64,000 nt of DNA from Schmidtea nova (taxonomy: Eukaryota), in the NCBI GenBank assembly GCA_044892505.1, contig CM097884.1, forward strand, positions 7,564,001 to 7,628,000, read 5' to 3'. The notes under the pieces are model-generated. The model had not been told where the DNA came from. It made no database searches and was given only the letters and a program-made list of their open reading frames with translations. This document shows positions 53,544 to 64,000 of this stretch, piece by piece (positions within the stretch are counted from its first letter, which is position 1; the number at the start of each line of letters is the position of its first letter). The position numbers were made by a program, and so were the translations under genes.

Positions 53544-55799
53544 GTTACAAGATATGGAAAATGTTGAATTTTGTTAAGAACATGCTTTCCAACCATGATT
53601 CATGAAAAACCCAAAATAACACATCAATTTCAGACCATAAAAAGATAATATTAACGGTTTTCGTCGATTTTAATGGTGTTGTTCCTCATGAATTTCTTCC
53701 GAAAGACAAAATGGTCAATATTATGAAAACATCAAAGTGACAGGATTTATAGCCAAGTTAAATATAATGGTGTTAGCTAGTTTAATTTAATTATTTTTCG
53801 TCATAACGTTAATTTGTAACAAAAACTAATTTGCAGATATTATGTCATAATTTAACAAGATGGCAGGATATTGTTGATAAAAATGGAATGTTAAAATTAT
53901 TTGTTAACGTTATTTATTTTTATCAACTATTTGAACACTTATCATTCGGATACTATGGTATTATTTTGTAAAAATTAATTTACATTTTGGTTAAGTTTAT
54001 ATATTTCCTATAAATATTTATCTTTCGAAACAATAATAAAGGTTCCATGGGAAGAACATCAAATATTTTATATCCATACGATACATATACCCTCGGATCA
54101 TCATATCGGGTCTTCAAAGCCTACATTACACTAATAAATGACACCAATTTATCCCTTTTTAAAATAAAAAAATAATTTAGGTTTATATGGGATGGACTTT
54201 ACTATTCTAGAAACCGAAATTGGTATATTTGTACTAAAAACAATGCAAATATATTTTATGAAAACAGTGATATTCAGCATTGGTTTTTGTATAATTTACT
54301 TATTTTTCCTNNNNNNNNNNNNNNNNNNNNNNNNNNNNNNNNNNNNNNNNNNNNNNNNNNNNNNNNNNNNNNNNNNNNNNNNNNNNNNNNNNNNNNNNNN
54401 NNNNNNNNNNNNNNNNNNNNNNNNNNNNNNNNNNNNNNNNNNNNNNNNNNNNNNNNNNNNNNNNNNNNNNNNNNNNNNNNNNNNNNNNNNNNNNNNNNNN
54501 NNNNNNNNNNNNNNNNNNNNNNNNNNNNNNNNNNNNNNNNNNNNNNNNNNNNNNNNNNNNNNNNNAGAGTAGGATTCAGGATGCTAATTGCAGCAAATGT
54601 AACAAAAGAATATATTATCACCAAAACAATGATGCACTGTTAGATGAGTGAGAGATATTGAGAAGTGCATTAAAAAATTAAATAATTATATATTAATTTA
54701 ATGATTTTGAAAGAATATTTAGAATTTTTTAATTCAATAATTTTAATATTAATAATTGTAGTAGTAATTGCAGGTAAAATTCTTTTTTTGGTTGTTATGT
54801 ACATAAAATTTTGGCACAGCCTTTATCAAGTAAGTATACACACATACAAACATTAATATGGAAATTATTGAATTAAAAAAATTGGATCAGAGATAAAACA
54901 AAACAATAATTATAATATACATTCAACATTAATCGTTAATGAGTTGAGCTTATTCAGTGGATCCTACAGTAGGTAGATGTGTAAAGCCGGGAACAGAGAC
55001 ATTATGATTCATTAAGTGGGCGGGAAAAAAAAGAACAAAGACACCCCTCCCCAGGGAGTAAAAAATTGTTTTTATGACTCATCGATGACTAATAATTTTT
55101 TCGAAAAATTTTCTATTTTTTTAATCTTTTTTTACCCTTTATTTTCGAAATATTTTCTATCTTCTTTTTGAAATTTATTTTTTATTTATTTTTTTTACCT
55201 TTTTAAAATCTTTTTTATTATCTTTTTTTCGAAATATTTTCTATCTTTTTTAAAAATTTTCTTTTTATTTATTTTAATCTTTTTTAATCTTTTTTTCGGA
55301 AAATTTTATTTTTTTAAAAAATTTTTTATTTGACTAATCGATTACTCATCGATGACTTATCAAAAAATTCTATGACTCATCGAAAAATATGCAATTTTTT
55401 CTCAATTTTGATTATCTTGAATTATTTTTAGTTTTTATGACTCATCGATGACTCACCCGATTACACATCAATGAGTCATTTCAAATTTGAATTTTATGAC
55501 GTAATCGATGACTCATTCCAAATTGAAATAAATTTTTAAAATTTTAAAAGTACAAGTACCTAGGTAAAATTTTTCATGGTTCTCAAGGCATTTGCCAGAC
55601 GCACACGGTGATATTAATTTTGAAGGTGTCTGATCGAAAAAATAAACTTTTGTACCAAAAATTAAAAATTTTTAAAATTTCAAGTACCAAGGTTAAATTT
55701 AGTATCATTCGAACCGCCTTCGCTATATGAACACGATGCTATATAATTCCATATCTTTTTTAAACAACGACATATTTAACAAAGACATTGCCAAAATAA

Positions 55800-56853
55800 T
55801 GTTGAGGATACCTAAATTAGAAATAATATAATAAATAAACAAAATTACTTGGGGGAAAATTGTCATTGGGAATGACACGATTGATTGGAGCCTGGGAAAG
55901 AAAACGGAAATAAAAAAGGAATGAGAAATGAGAAGGGAAAACAAAAGAAAAGAAATCAGACAAGCAAAACGAAATAGAGGTCAGCACTAATTAACTAGTG
56001 CAAATAGGAAGAAATTCTAAAGTTAGGAAAAACAAAAACAACAACAATAATTTTATCTCGACAACCGGTCAGAGATAATGTGGACAAAAATCAAACAAGC
56101 CGGAGCGGCAAAAAGGAAAAAAACAGAGGTTATCTTGACAGCTGTCAAAGATAACTCCGTTGCTGAGAAGATGAATGGGAAATCATGTTGGAAAAAATGG
56201 ATTAACAGCTGAGAATTTTAAGTGCTACAAAGTGAAGAGGTATAAAAGGAGGACGCACTTCAGAAGATGACACGACATTGCATACAGAAGTTATTGGAGA
56301 GAACATTGTGGACAGAATATTTGAGAGACAATGTTTGAGACAGAACATTTGAGAGAACATATTTTGCGGAGAATATTTGTGTTTAAAGACTGAAGTCAGA
56401 GGATAACAGGAGAAATTTGAGGCAGAAAAACGTCCTGAGAAAGGTAAAGAAGAGTCAAAAGGAGAATCCAACAATTGAAACCAGAAACTAAGGGATAAGC
56501 AGCAGGAGCTTATTCAAGAGTTTGAGAAAATAAAACTAGTAAAATTCAGTGGGTAAATCCAAGTCAAACTAAGAAAACAACCAGCTAAGTTACCAATTGT
56601 TATACTCCCCAGTAGTGAGTGATTTCGAATATCGATTATACACTAGTGCTATTCTTCACTATTGTGTCGTAATAAGCACTGTATAATCAGCTGTAGTTTT
56701 GATATTGGTCAGTTCATTGTAAATTGAAATTATTTGTGATATTCAATAAAATTTCCAGCTGTCAGTTGTTATTGTAGGTGAATTAGGAGCACGTTTGGAG
56801 TCAGGAATATAATTTGTTAATTATAAAGTCACCAACAACCCAATAACTCAACA
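55800..56853 (+). mobile_element. Solo LTR inserted in the minisatellite
   Basis: TGTTGAG...CTCAACA inverted ends, 4-bp TSD ATAA, TATAAAA near 56241, AATAAA near 56745. Confidence 0.8.
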
Positions 56854-56857
56854 ATAA

Positions 56858-57720
56858 CTAAACAAAGACATTTCAATGCCAAAAAACTCAACAAAGACAT
56901 TTCAATGCCAAAATAATTAAACAAACATATTTCAATACCAAAAACTTAACAAAGACATTTCAAAGCCAAATATCTTAACAAAGACATTTCGATGCCAAAA
57001 CACCTAAACAAAGACATATCAATGCCAACAAACTAAACAAAGACATTTCAATGATAAAACACCTAAACAAAAACATTTCAATGCCAAAAAACTTAACAAA
57101 GACAATTCAATGGCAAATAAACTAAACAAAGACATTTCAATGCCAAAATAATTAAACAAAGACATTTCAATGCCAAAACACCTAAACAAAACATTTCAAT
57201 GCCAAAAAAATTAAACAAAGACATTTCAATGCCAAAAAAACTTAACAAAGACATTTCAATGCGAAATACCTTAACAAAGACATTTTGATGCCAAAACACC
57301 TCAACAAAACATTTCAATGCCAAAAAACTTAACAAAGACATTTCAATGCCAAAGAAATTAAACAAAGACATTTCAATGCCAAAAAAACTTAACAAAGACA
57401 TTTCAATACGAAATACCTTAACAAAGATATTTCAATGTCAAAATAATTTTAATACATTTCAATGCTAAAACAATTAAACAAAGGCTTTTTATTGCCAAAT
57501 TCCTTAACAAAGACATTTCATTGCCAAAAACCTTAACAAATACATTTCATTGCCACAAACCTTAACAAAGACATTTCATTTTCAATTTCCTTAAAAAAAC
57601 TATTCAATGCCAAAACACATAAACAAGACAGTTCAATGTCAAAGCACCTAAATAAAGACGTTTCGATGTTAAAATCCTTATCAAAGACATTTCAATGCCA
57701 ATATCCTTAACAAAGACTGC
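56858..57720 (+). repeat. About 30-bp minisatellite (AACAAAGACATTTCAATGCCAAAA...)
   Basis: Visible tandem array. Confidence 0.95.
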
Positions 57721-58130
57721 AATACTGTGCATTGAAAGCAACATGATTATCAAAGCAATTGCAATACATATGCAAGTTAACAAATACATTGCAATACAGA
57801 TACTAGTTAACAAAGATATATATGCACGNNNNNNNNNNNNNNNNNNNNNNNNNNNNNNNNNNNNNNNNNNNNNNNNNNNNNNNNNNNNNNNNNNNNNNNN
57901 NNNNNNNNNNNNNNNNNNNNNNNNNNNNNNNNNNNNNNNNNNNNNNNNNNNNNNNNNNNNNNNNNNNNNNNNNNNNNNNNNNNNNNNNNNNNNNNNNNNN
58001 NNNNNNNNNNNNNNNNNNNNNNNNNNNNNNNNNNNTATAGATCAAAATTTTTTTTTTAAACAATAACACAATATTTCGGCACAGCCTTTATCAAGTGTGT
58101 ATTTCTATCGTTTTATTTACTTAATCCTAA

Positions 58131-60906
58131 ATAGTAGCCTTAATTATTTTTTAATATTTTATAATGATTTTATTGGATGAAAAAATTTATTTTAATTTTT
58201 TTGTGCTAATTCAATGTTGATGGACGGTTTGTATTTTTTTATGAAAAAAGTCTCGGAAGCTAATCTTTGTAATGAATTTTTGAATCCCTCTTGTAGAATA
58301 TGGCATTTTGTTTCTTCTATAGATGGAGTTGTTTTATGTACTTTCTCCCAGTATTCGTAATAATTACTTGTTTTAATTTTAATGTGTTCATTAAGTCGGG
58401 TGCGAAAAGTTCTATGTGTTTCTCCTATGTAAGTAGCGTCACATTTTTGGCAAGAAAGTTTATATACTATATTTTTGGAAAAGCAAAAGCATCGGGTTGT
58501 GGAACGACAAAGACATTTATGTTTGGAGATGTTGGAAATTGGTGGCTTTCGGAGTTGTGATTTTAACGTTGCGGAGGTTATGAACGTTGGACGGATGTGG
58601 ATAGGCAAATCTGTTTGATTAAAAATGTTGGTGATTTTGTTGGCTGTAGTGTCATTTAGGAAAGGTAATCTTAGATATGTTGTGTGTTTGTTATTGTTAT
58701 TGTGTTTCTGGCGTTTTCTATTGTTGCGTTTATTGTGGTATGGTTCGTTAAGGAAGTATTTCTTTACAAATTCTTCAGGGTATCCATTTTGGAGGAATCG
58801 TGTTTTGAAGTTTTCTAATGTTTCTTGTATTTTGTTTGCGTCTGAACAGTTTCTTATGGCTCTTTTTCTTTCTCCTATTAGTAATGCGATTTTGCGTTGA
58901 AGTGGAACGTGGCTTTTCCATGGGAGGATATGACCGCTATGTAAACTTTTAGAATATAGCTCGGTGTTTGCATTTAGTGTATTTTGGCCTTTTGTGAAAC
59001 TTACTATGTTATCTAAAAACGGTATTTTACCTTCTGTGTTCGGTGTTTCAAAAGTGAATTGTATGTTGGTGTTAGTAGAATTTGCGTGTGATAGGATTTG
59101 ATTGAGAGGGATTGTGGAGACTATGAAGATGTCGTCGATGTATCGTTTCCAGAAAAGTATTTTGTCCCCAAAAAAAAGATATGTTCTTAGATTCTATAAA
59201 GTTCATGTAGAAGATGGCTAAGATGGGAGAAAGGTTATTACCCATGGCTAATCCATGAATTTGTTTGAATGGGTTTTCTTTAATTATGACAGTATCTGAA
59301 TTTATTGCTTATTTTAGAAGTTCTATAAAGTCTTGTTTAGTAAAGTCTGTGAGGTCAGTATTGGCTTTATGAGTTTCAAAGAAAGAAGCTGCGATGTCGA
59401 AAATATTATTCTCTCCGTGAAGAGGAATAGATCCGTAAAGATTGGAAACGTCAAGAGATCCCCAGAAGTACTGTTGTCCTGCGTTTAACGGAAGAGACGT
59501 ATTTGTAATTTCGGAGACGAATTCAGTTGTGTTTTCGTCTCCGAAATTACAAATACGTCTCTTCCGTTAAACGCAGGACCACAGTACTTCTGGGGATCTC
59601 TTGATGTTTCCAATCTTTACGGATCTATTCCTCTTCACGGAGAGAATAATATTTTCGACATCGCAGCTTCTTTCTTTGAAACTCATAAAGCCAATACTGA
59701 CCTCGCAGACTTAACTAAACAAGACTTTATAGAACTTCTAAAATTAGCAATAAATTCAGATACTGTCATAATTAAAGAAAAACCATTCAAACAAATTCAT
59801 GGATTAGCCATGGGTAATAACCTTTCTCCCATCTAAGCCATCTTCTACATAAACTTTATAGAATCTAAGATCATATCTTTCTTTGGGGACAAAATACTTT
59901 TCTGGAAACGATACATCGACGACATCTTCATAGTCTCCACAATCCCTCTCAATCAAATCCTACTAACACCAACATACAATTCACTTTTGAAACACCGAAC
60001 ACAGAAGGTAAAATACCGTTTTAGATACCATGGTAAGTTTCACAAAAGACCAAAATACACTAAATGCAAACACTGAGCTATATTCTAAAAGTTTACATAG
60101 TGGTCATATCCTCCCATGTAAAAGCCACGTTCCATTTCAAGGCAAAATCGCAATACTAATAGGAGAAAGAAAAAGAGCCATAAGAAACTGTTCAGACGCA
60201 AACAAAATACAAGAAACATTAGAAAACTTCAAAACACGATTCCTCCAAAATGGATACCCTGAAGACTTTGTAAAGAAATACTTCCTTAACGAACCATACC
60301 ACAATAAACGCAACAATAGAAAACGCCAGAAACACAATAACAATAACAAACACACAACATATATAAGATTACCTTTCCTAAATGACACTACAGCCAACAA
60401 AATCACCAACATTTTTAATCAAACAGATTTGCCTATCCACATCCGTCCAACGTTAATAACCTCCGCACCCTTAAAATCACAACTCCGAAAACCACCAATT
60501 TCCAACATCTCCAAACATAAATGTCTTTGCCGTTCCACAAACCGATGCTTTTGCTTTTTCAAAAATATAGTATATAAACTTTCTTGTCAAAAATGTGACG
60601 CTACTTACATAGGAGAAACACATAGAACATTTTGCACCCGACTTAATGAACACACTAAAAACAAAACCAGTAATTATTACGAACAATGTGAGAAAGTACA
60701 TAAAACAACTCCATCTATAGAAGAAACAAAATGCCAGATTCTACAAGAGGGATTCAAAAATTCATTACAAAGATTAGCTTCCGAGACTTTTTACATAAAA
60801 AATACAAACCGTCCATCAACATTCAATTCGCACAAAAAAATTAAAATTAATTTTTTCATCCAATAAAATCATTATAAAATATTAAAAAAATAATTAAGGT
60901 TACTAT
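58131..60906. mobile_element. Palindrome of two diverging 5'-truncated Penelope-like copies
   Basis: Arms 58131-59521 (-) and 59534-60906 (+) with a 12-nt spacer. GLAMGNNLSP, WKRYIDDIF, VYKLSCQKCDATYIGET. Confidence 0.92.
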
Positions 60907-61109
60907 AGTAGGTAGATGTGTGGAGTCAAACACAAAGAAATGAGTCATAATGCGTGGGCGGAAAATTTTAAACAAAGAACTTTTTTTCGGAACCCCCCCC
61001 GGGGGGGAAGGGGGGGGGGTCAAATTTTTTTTTTTTTTTTTTTTTCGCGCCAAATTTAAATTTGAAAATTTTTTTTTTGAAAATTTTTTCGCGCCAAATT
61101 TAAATTTGA

Positions 61110-61470
61110 AAATTTTTTAACATAAAATATTTTAACACAAATTTTTTTTTTTTTAACACAAAATTTTTTAACACAAATTTTTTTTTTTAACACAAAATTT
61201 TTTAACACAAAATTTTTTAACACAAATTTTTTAACATAAAATTTTTTAACATAAAATTTTTTAACACAAAATTTTTAAACACAAAATTTTTTAACACAAA
61301 ATTTTTTAACACAAAATTTTTTAACACAAAATTTTTTAACACAAAATTTTTTTAACATAAAATTTTTTAACATAAAATTTTTTAACACAAAATTTTTAAA
61401 CACAAATTTTTTCAACACAAAATTTTTTAACACAAAATTTTTTAACACAAAATTTTTTAACACAAATTTT
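61110..61470 (+). repeat. About 15-bp tandem repeat (AACACAAAATTTTTT)
   Basis: Visible array. Confidence 0.95.
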
Positions 61471-62351
61471 TTTTTCTTACAAATTTTTTTTTTTCAAAAT
61501 TTTTTTTTTTTTAAACAAAGAACTTTTTTATGCGTGGGCGTAAAAAATTTAAACAAAGAACTTTTTTCAATGCGTGGGCGTAAAAAATTTTTAAACAAAG
61601 AACTTTTTCGAGACCCCCCCCCGGGGGGGGCTAATTTTTTTTTGTTTTTTTTTTTTCAAAAATTATTTTTTCGCGCCAAATTTATAATTGTAAATTATTT
61701 TTTTTTTTTTTAACATAAATTATTTTAACAGAAATATGAGTCATAGAAAAGTTTGCAACACGCGTGCAACTTAAACAAAGACAATGCAATACACGTGCAA
61801 CATGAACAAAGACATTGAAAATAAAATTTATTTATAAATATATCGTTGTGTACGTGTACAAAATTTAGTTTCAAAATTATTTACATCTGAATTATTACTC
61901 GGAATATTATTCATAGGAATATTATTCATTGTAATATTATTCATCGGAATACTAGTATTTTTCGGAATATTATTCTTTGGAATATTTGACATCTTCTCCA
62001 ACCGTATGGATGCCGATAATATCATTATAATTATTAATATAAATAAACTTATATAATGTAATACAATGGCTGTATTTCATTTTCAACTGTTTGATTTTGG
62101 TATCTGTTCGTCTGTGTGTGCCTTTTGATTTTCTATTCGCATCTGTATGCGCTTAATTTTGAAACCTTATTTTGCTCGCGTCTGTGTGCGCGATTTTGTC
62201 TGGGTAATTTTTTAGATTGTTGTTGATTGAGTTTTTTATTGATTTTTAGCTTTAGAGGAATTTATTGTTAGATTGGTTGTTTTATTATTCGAGATTTTGA
62301 GGGAATTTAGATTTTTTTGATTCAAGAATTGAAATTAATTTAAATACAACT

Positions 62352-64000
62352 ATGAATGAAAGCGAAAACGAAGTAGAAAACGATGAAGTTAATAATACTG
62401 ATTTATCTGACGACGATTTAACAGAAAATGATGAAAAAGAAGATGATGATATGAATACAGATGATAATGAAAATAATCCAGCAAAAGAAGACACAATGCT
62501 TTCTGAAAACAAAGATAACAATTCTATAGAAGCTGATGTGGAAATCTCAGAAATTAACTCCCATATCAGATATCGCTTTCGCAATGATTCAAATGAACTC
62601 TTCAGATGTCGCTTTCGCAATGATTCAAATGAACTCTTCAGATGTCGCTTTCGCAATGATTCAAATGAACTCTTCAGATGTCGCTTTCGCAATGATTCAA
62701 ATGAACTCTTCAGATGTCGCTTTCGCAATGATTCAAATGAACTCTTCAGATGTCGCTTTCGCAATGATTCAAATGAACTCTTCAGATGTCGCTTTCGCAA
62801 TGATTCAAATGAACTCTTCAGACTGAACCTTCTTACACTGATTAATAATAAAATCCTTGGAATAGTGTTACTTTTTATCAAAAACATTAATTTGATTATA
62901 GCTCGAACATTTGGGCCTTTTGGTCAAATTTTCTGTGATTTTGGATCAAATCATGTAGTTATGAAAACAAATAAAGATTCTCACTCGGACGTTCAATCAA
63001 TGATTTACCATGGTAGCAGAGCGTGGTTCCCACCGGGGGGCCACGCACACTCTGGAAAGCCGTTAGTCGACCTTTTTATTAAACATTCTTTTATGCCTTT
63101 TGTAAAAATATTAAAATGGGTTAAATTTGTAATTGGAGTATGGACCAACATTCCCTCCCAGGCGCGTTTTGAATGGAAAGTGAAAGTTGGAATGGCTTGG
63201 CCACCGGATATTGTGAAAGACGGCTGCTATGGGCCCCAGCATTCTTTTAAATTCCGGGAAATGTTGCAACAAGATAAAATTTTGAAAGGCTTAGAACCTT
63301 TTGTAGGAATAAGGGGAGATAAAAGTAATCATAAAAAGTTCTATAATCAAATTGTTAAAAATATTAAATTGGGTAATCATGAAGACAGGGTAAATATGAA
63401 TAGAATAGGGAGATTATTGAGTTTTTATTCAATAGCAAGTGGTGATGAAAGGACAAGTCTAAAGGATAATAGTTCGCGAGTGAAAGAAAAGGAAACGGAG
63501 TCCACTTTACATTTTGTTTTGCGATTGAGACGTGGAATACAGATTTTTGTTAAGACTCTAACAGGTAAAACCATAACATTGGAAGTTGAACCGAGGGACT
63601 CTATTGAGAAAATAAAAGCCAGGATCCAAGAGAAAGAGGTAATCACGCCTGATCAACAGAGATTGATATTTGCAGGTAAACAATTAGGAGGCGAAAGAAT
63701 CCTGTCAGATTACCACATTCAAAAGGGGTCTACTATTCATCTGGCACTGAGATTGTGTGGAAGGAATGATGAAGAGGAGGAATTAGAGGAAGGATTGAGA
63801 AAGAAGAGGAGTGTCAAATATAGATTGACGAAATTAAGAAACAGGTGGATGAATGATATGTTGGCAGAAGATGCAACACATGTCCTTGATGAATATCAGG
63901 AAGCTATGGAAAGTGCCATAGAGAGTTTTGAAAGAATGGTGGATATTAGTAAAAGATTAGGAAGGTCAGATACAACAACGGGGCTAGAAGCGGACTTACA
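62352..64000 (+). CDS. Intronless mosaic ORF, open to the window end (at least 549 codons): acidic N-terminus, 7x [11 protein letters not shown](C), UBA1-like fragment, ubiquitin domain
   Basis: Manual translation shows no stop from ATG 62352. [17 protein letters not shown] near 62895, [13 protein letters not shown], then [19 protein letters not shown]...[11 protein letters not shown]...[12 protein letters not shown] (63537-63764). Not in the supplied ORF track, probably because it lacks a stop. Confidence 0.85.
   Translation, partial: MNESENEVENDEVNNTDLSDDDLTENDEKEDDDMNTDDNENNPAKEDTMLSENKDNNSIEADVEISEINSHIRYRFRNDSNELFRCRFRNDSNELFRCRFRNDSNELFRCRFRNDSNELFRCRFRNDSNELFRCRFRNDSNELFRCRFRNDSNELFRLNLLTLINNKILGIVLLFIKNINLIIARTFGPFGQIFCDFGSNHVVMKTNKDSHSDVQSMIYHGSRAWFPPGGHAHSGKPLVDLFIKHSFMPFVKILKWVKFVIGVWTNIPSQARFEWKVKVGMAWPPDIVKDGCYGPQHSFKFREMLQQDKILKGLEPFVGIRGDKSNHKKFYNQIVKNIKLGNHEDRVNMNRIGRLLSFYSIASGDERTSLKDNSSRVKEKETESTLHFVLRLRRGIQIFVKTLTGKTITLEVEPRDSIEKIKARIQEKEVITPDQQRLIFAGKQLGGERILSDYHIQKGSTIHLALRLCGRNDEEEELEEGLRKKRSVKYRLTKLRNRWMNDMLAEDATHVLDEYQEAMESAIESFERMVDISKRLGRSDTTTGLEADL
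62566..62822 (+). repeat. Seven near-perfect tandem copies of a 36-bp unit
   Basis: TCGCTTTCGCAATGATTCAAATGAACTCTTCAGATG repeated with no spacers. Confidence 0.97.

Larger units (their letters stand above)
54968..57828 (+). mobile_element. Maverick/Polinton-like terminal region (candidate)
   Basis: Begins AGTAGGTAGATGTGT, as does 60907. GTGGGCGG box, ATGACTCAT palindromes, T-rich repeats, AACAAAGAC minisatellite. Confidence 0.5.
60907..64000 (+). mobile_element. Maverick/Polinton-like element, left end (candidate)
   Basis: AGTAGGTAGATGTG terminus, repeated ATGCGTGGGCG boxes, tandem array, followed by a long intronless ORF. Confidence 0.55.

Noticed and set aside
57093-57813. Repetitive ORFs here and at 61275-61463
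   Set aside because: They are translations of minisatellites.
62566-62822. 36-bp repeats as a CRISPR array
   Set aside because: The units are directly tandem with no spacers, the context is eukaryotic, and there are no cas genes.

Overview
AT-rich eukaryotic (probably invertebrate) scaffold with very short spliceosomal introns and several N gaps. Host content is sparse: two tandem Rab32/38-family paralogues and a LYAR-like zinc-finger pseudogene. The rest is mostly mobile DNA: pogo/Tigger, mariner, hAT and piggyBac derivatives, Penelope-like elements (PLEs, with hammerhead-ribozyme motifs and palindromes), three Ty3/gypsy elements, solo LTRs and two Maverick/Polinton-like termini. The most striking object is a young Ty3/gypsy element at 27871-34604. 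Its Gag is preceded in frame by a 76-aa ubiquitin-like domain ending RVLGG. That domain sits at the end of an open frame that starts inside the LTR and carries hydrophobic, S/T-rich and Ig-like segments. A second, unrelated element at the window end carries an intronless mosaic ORF with a UBA1(E1)-like fragment and a ubiquitin domain lacking the di-Gly. All calls come from reading the sequence by eye; no database searches were run.
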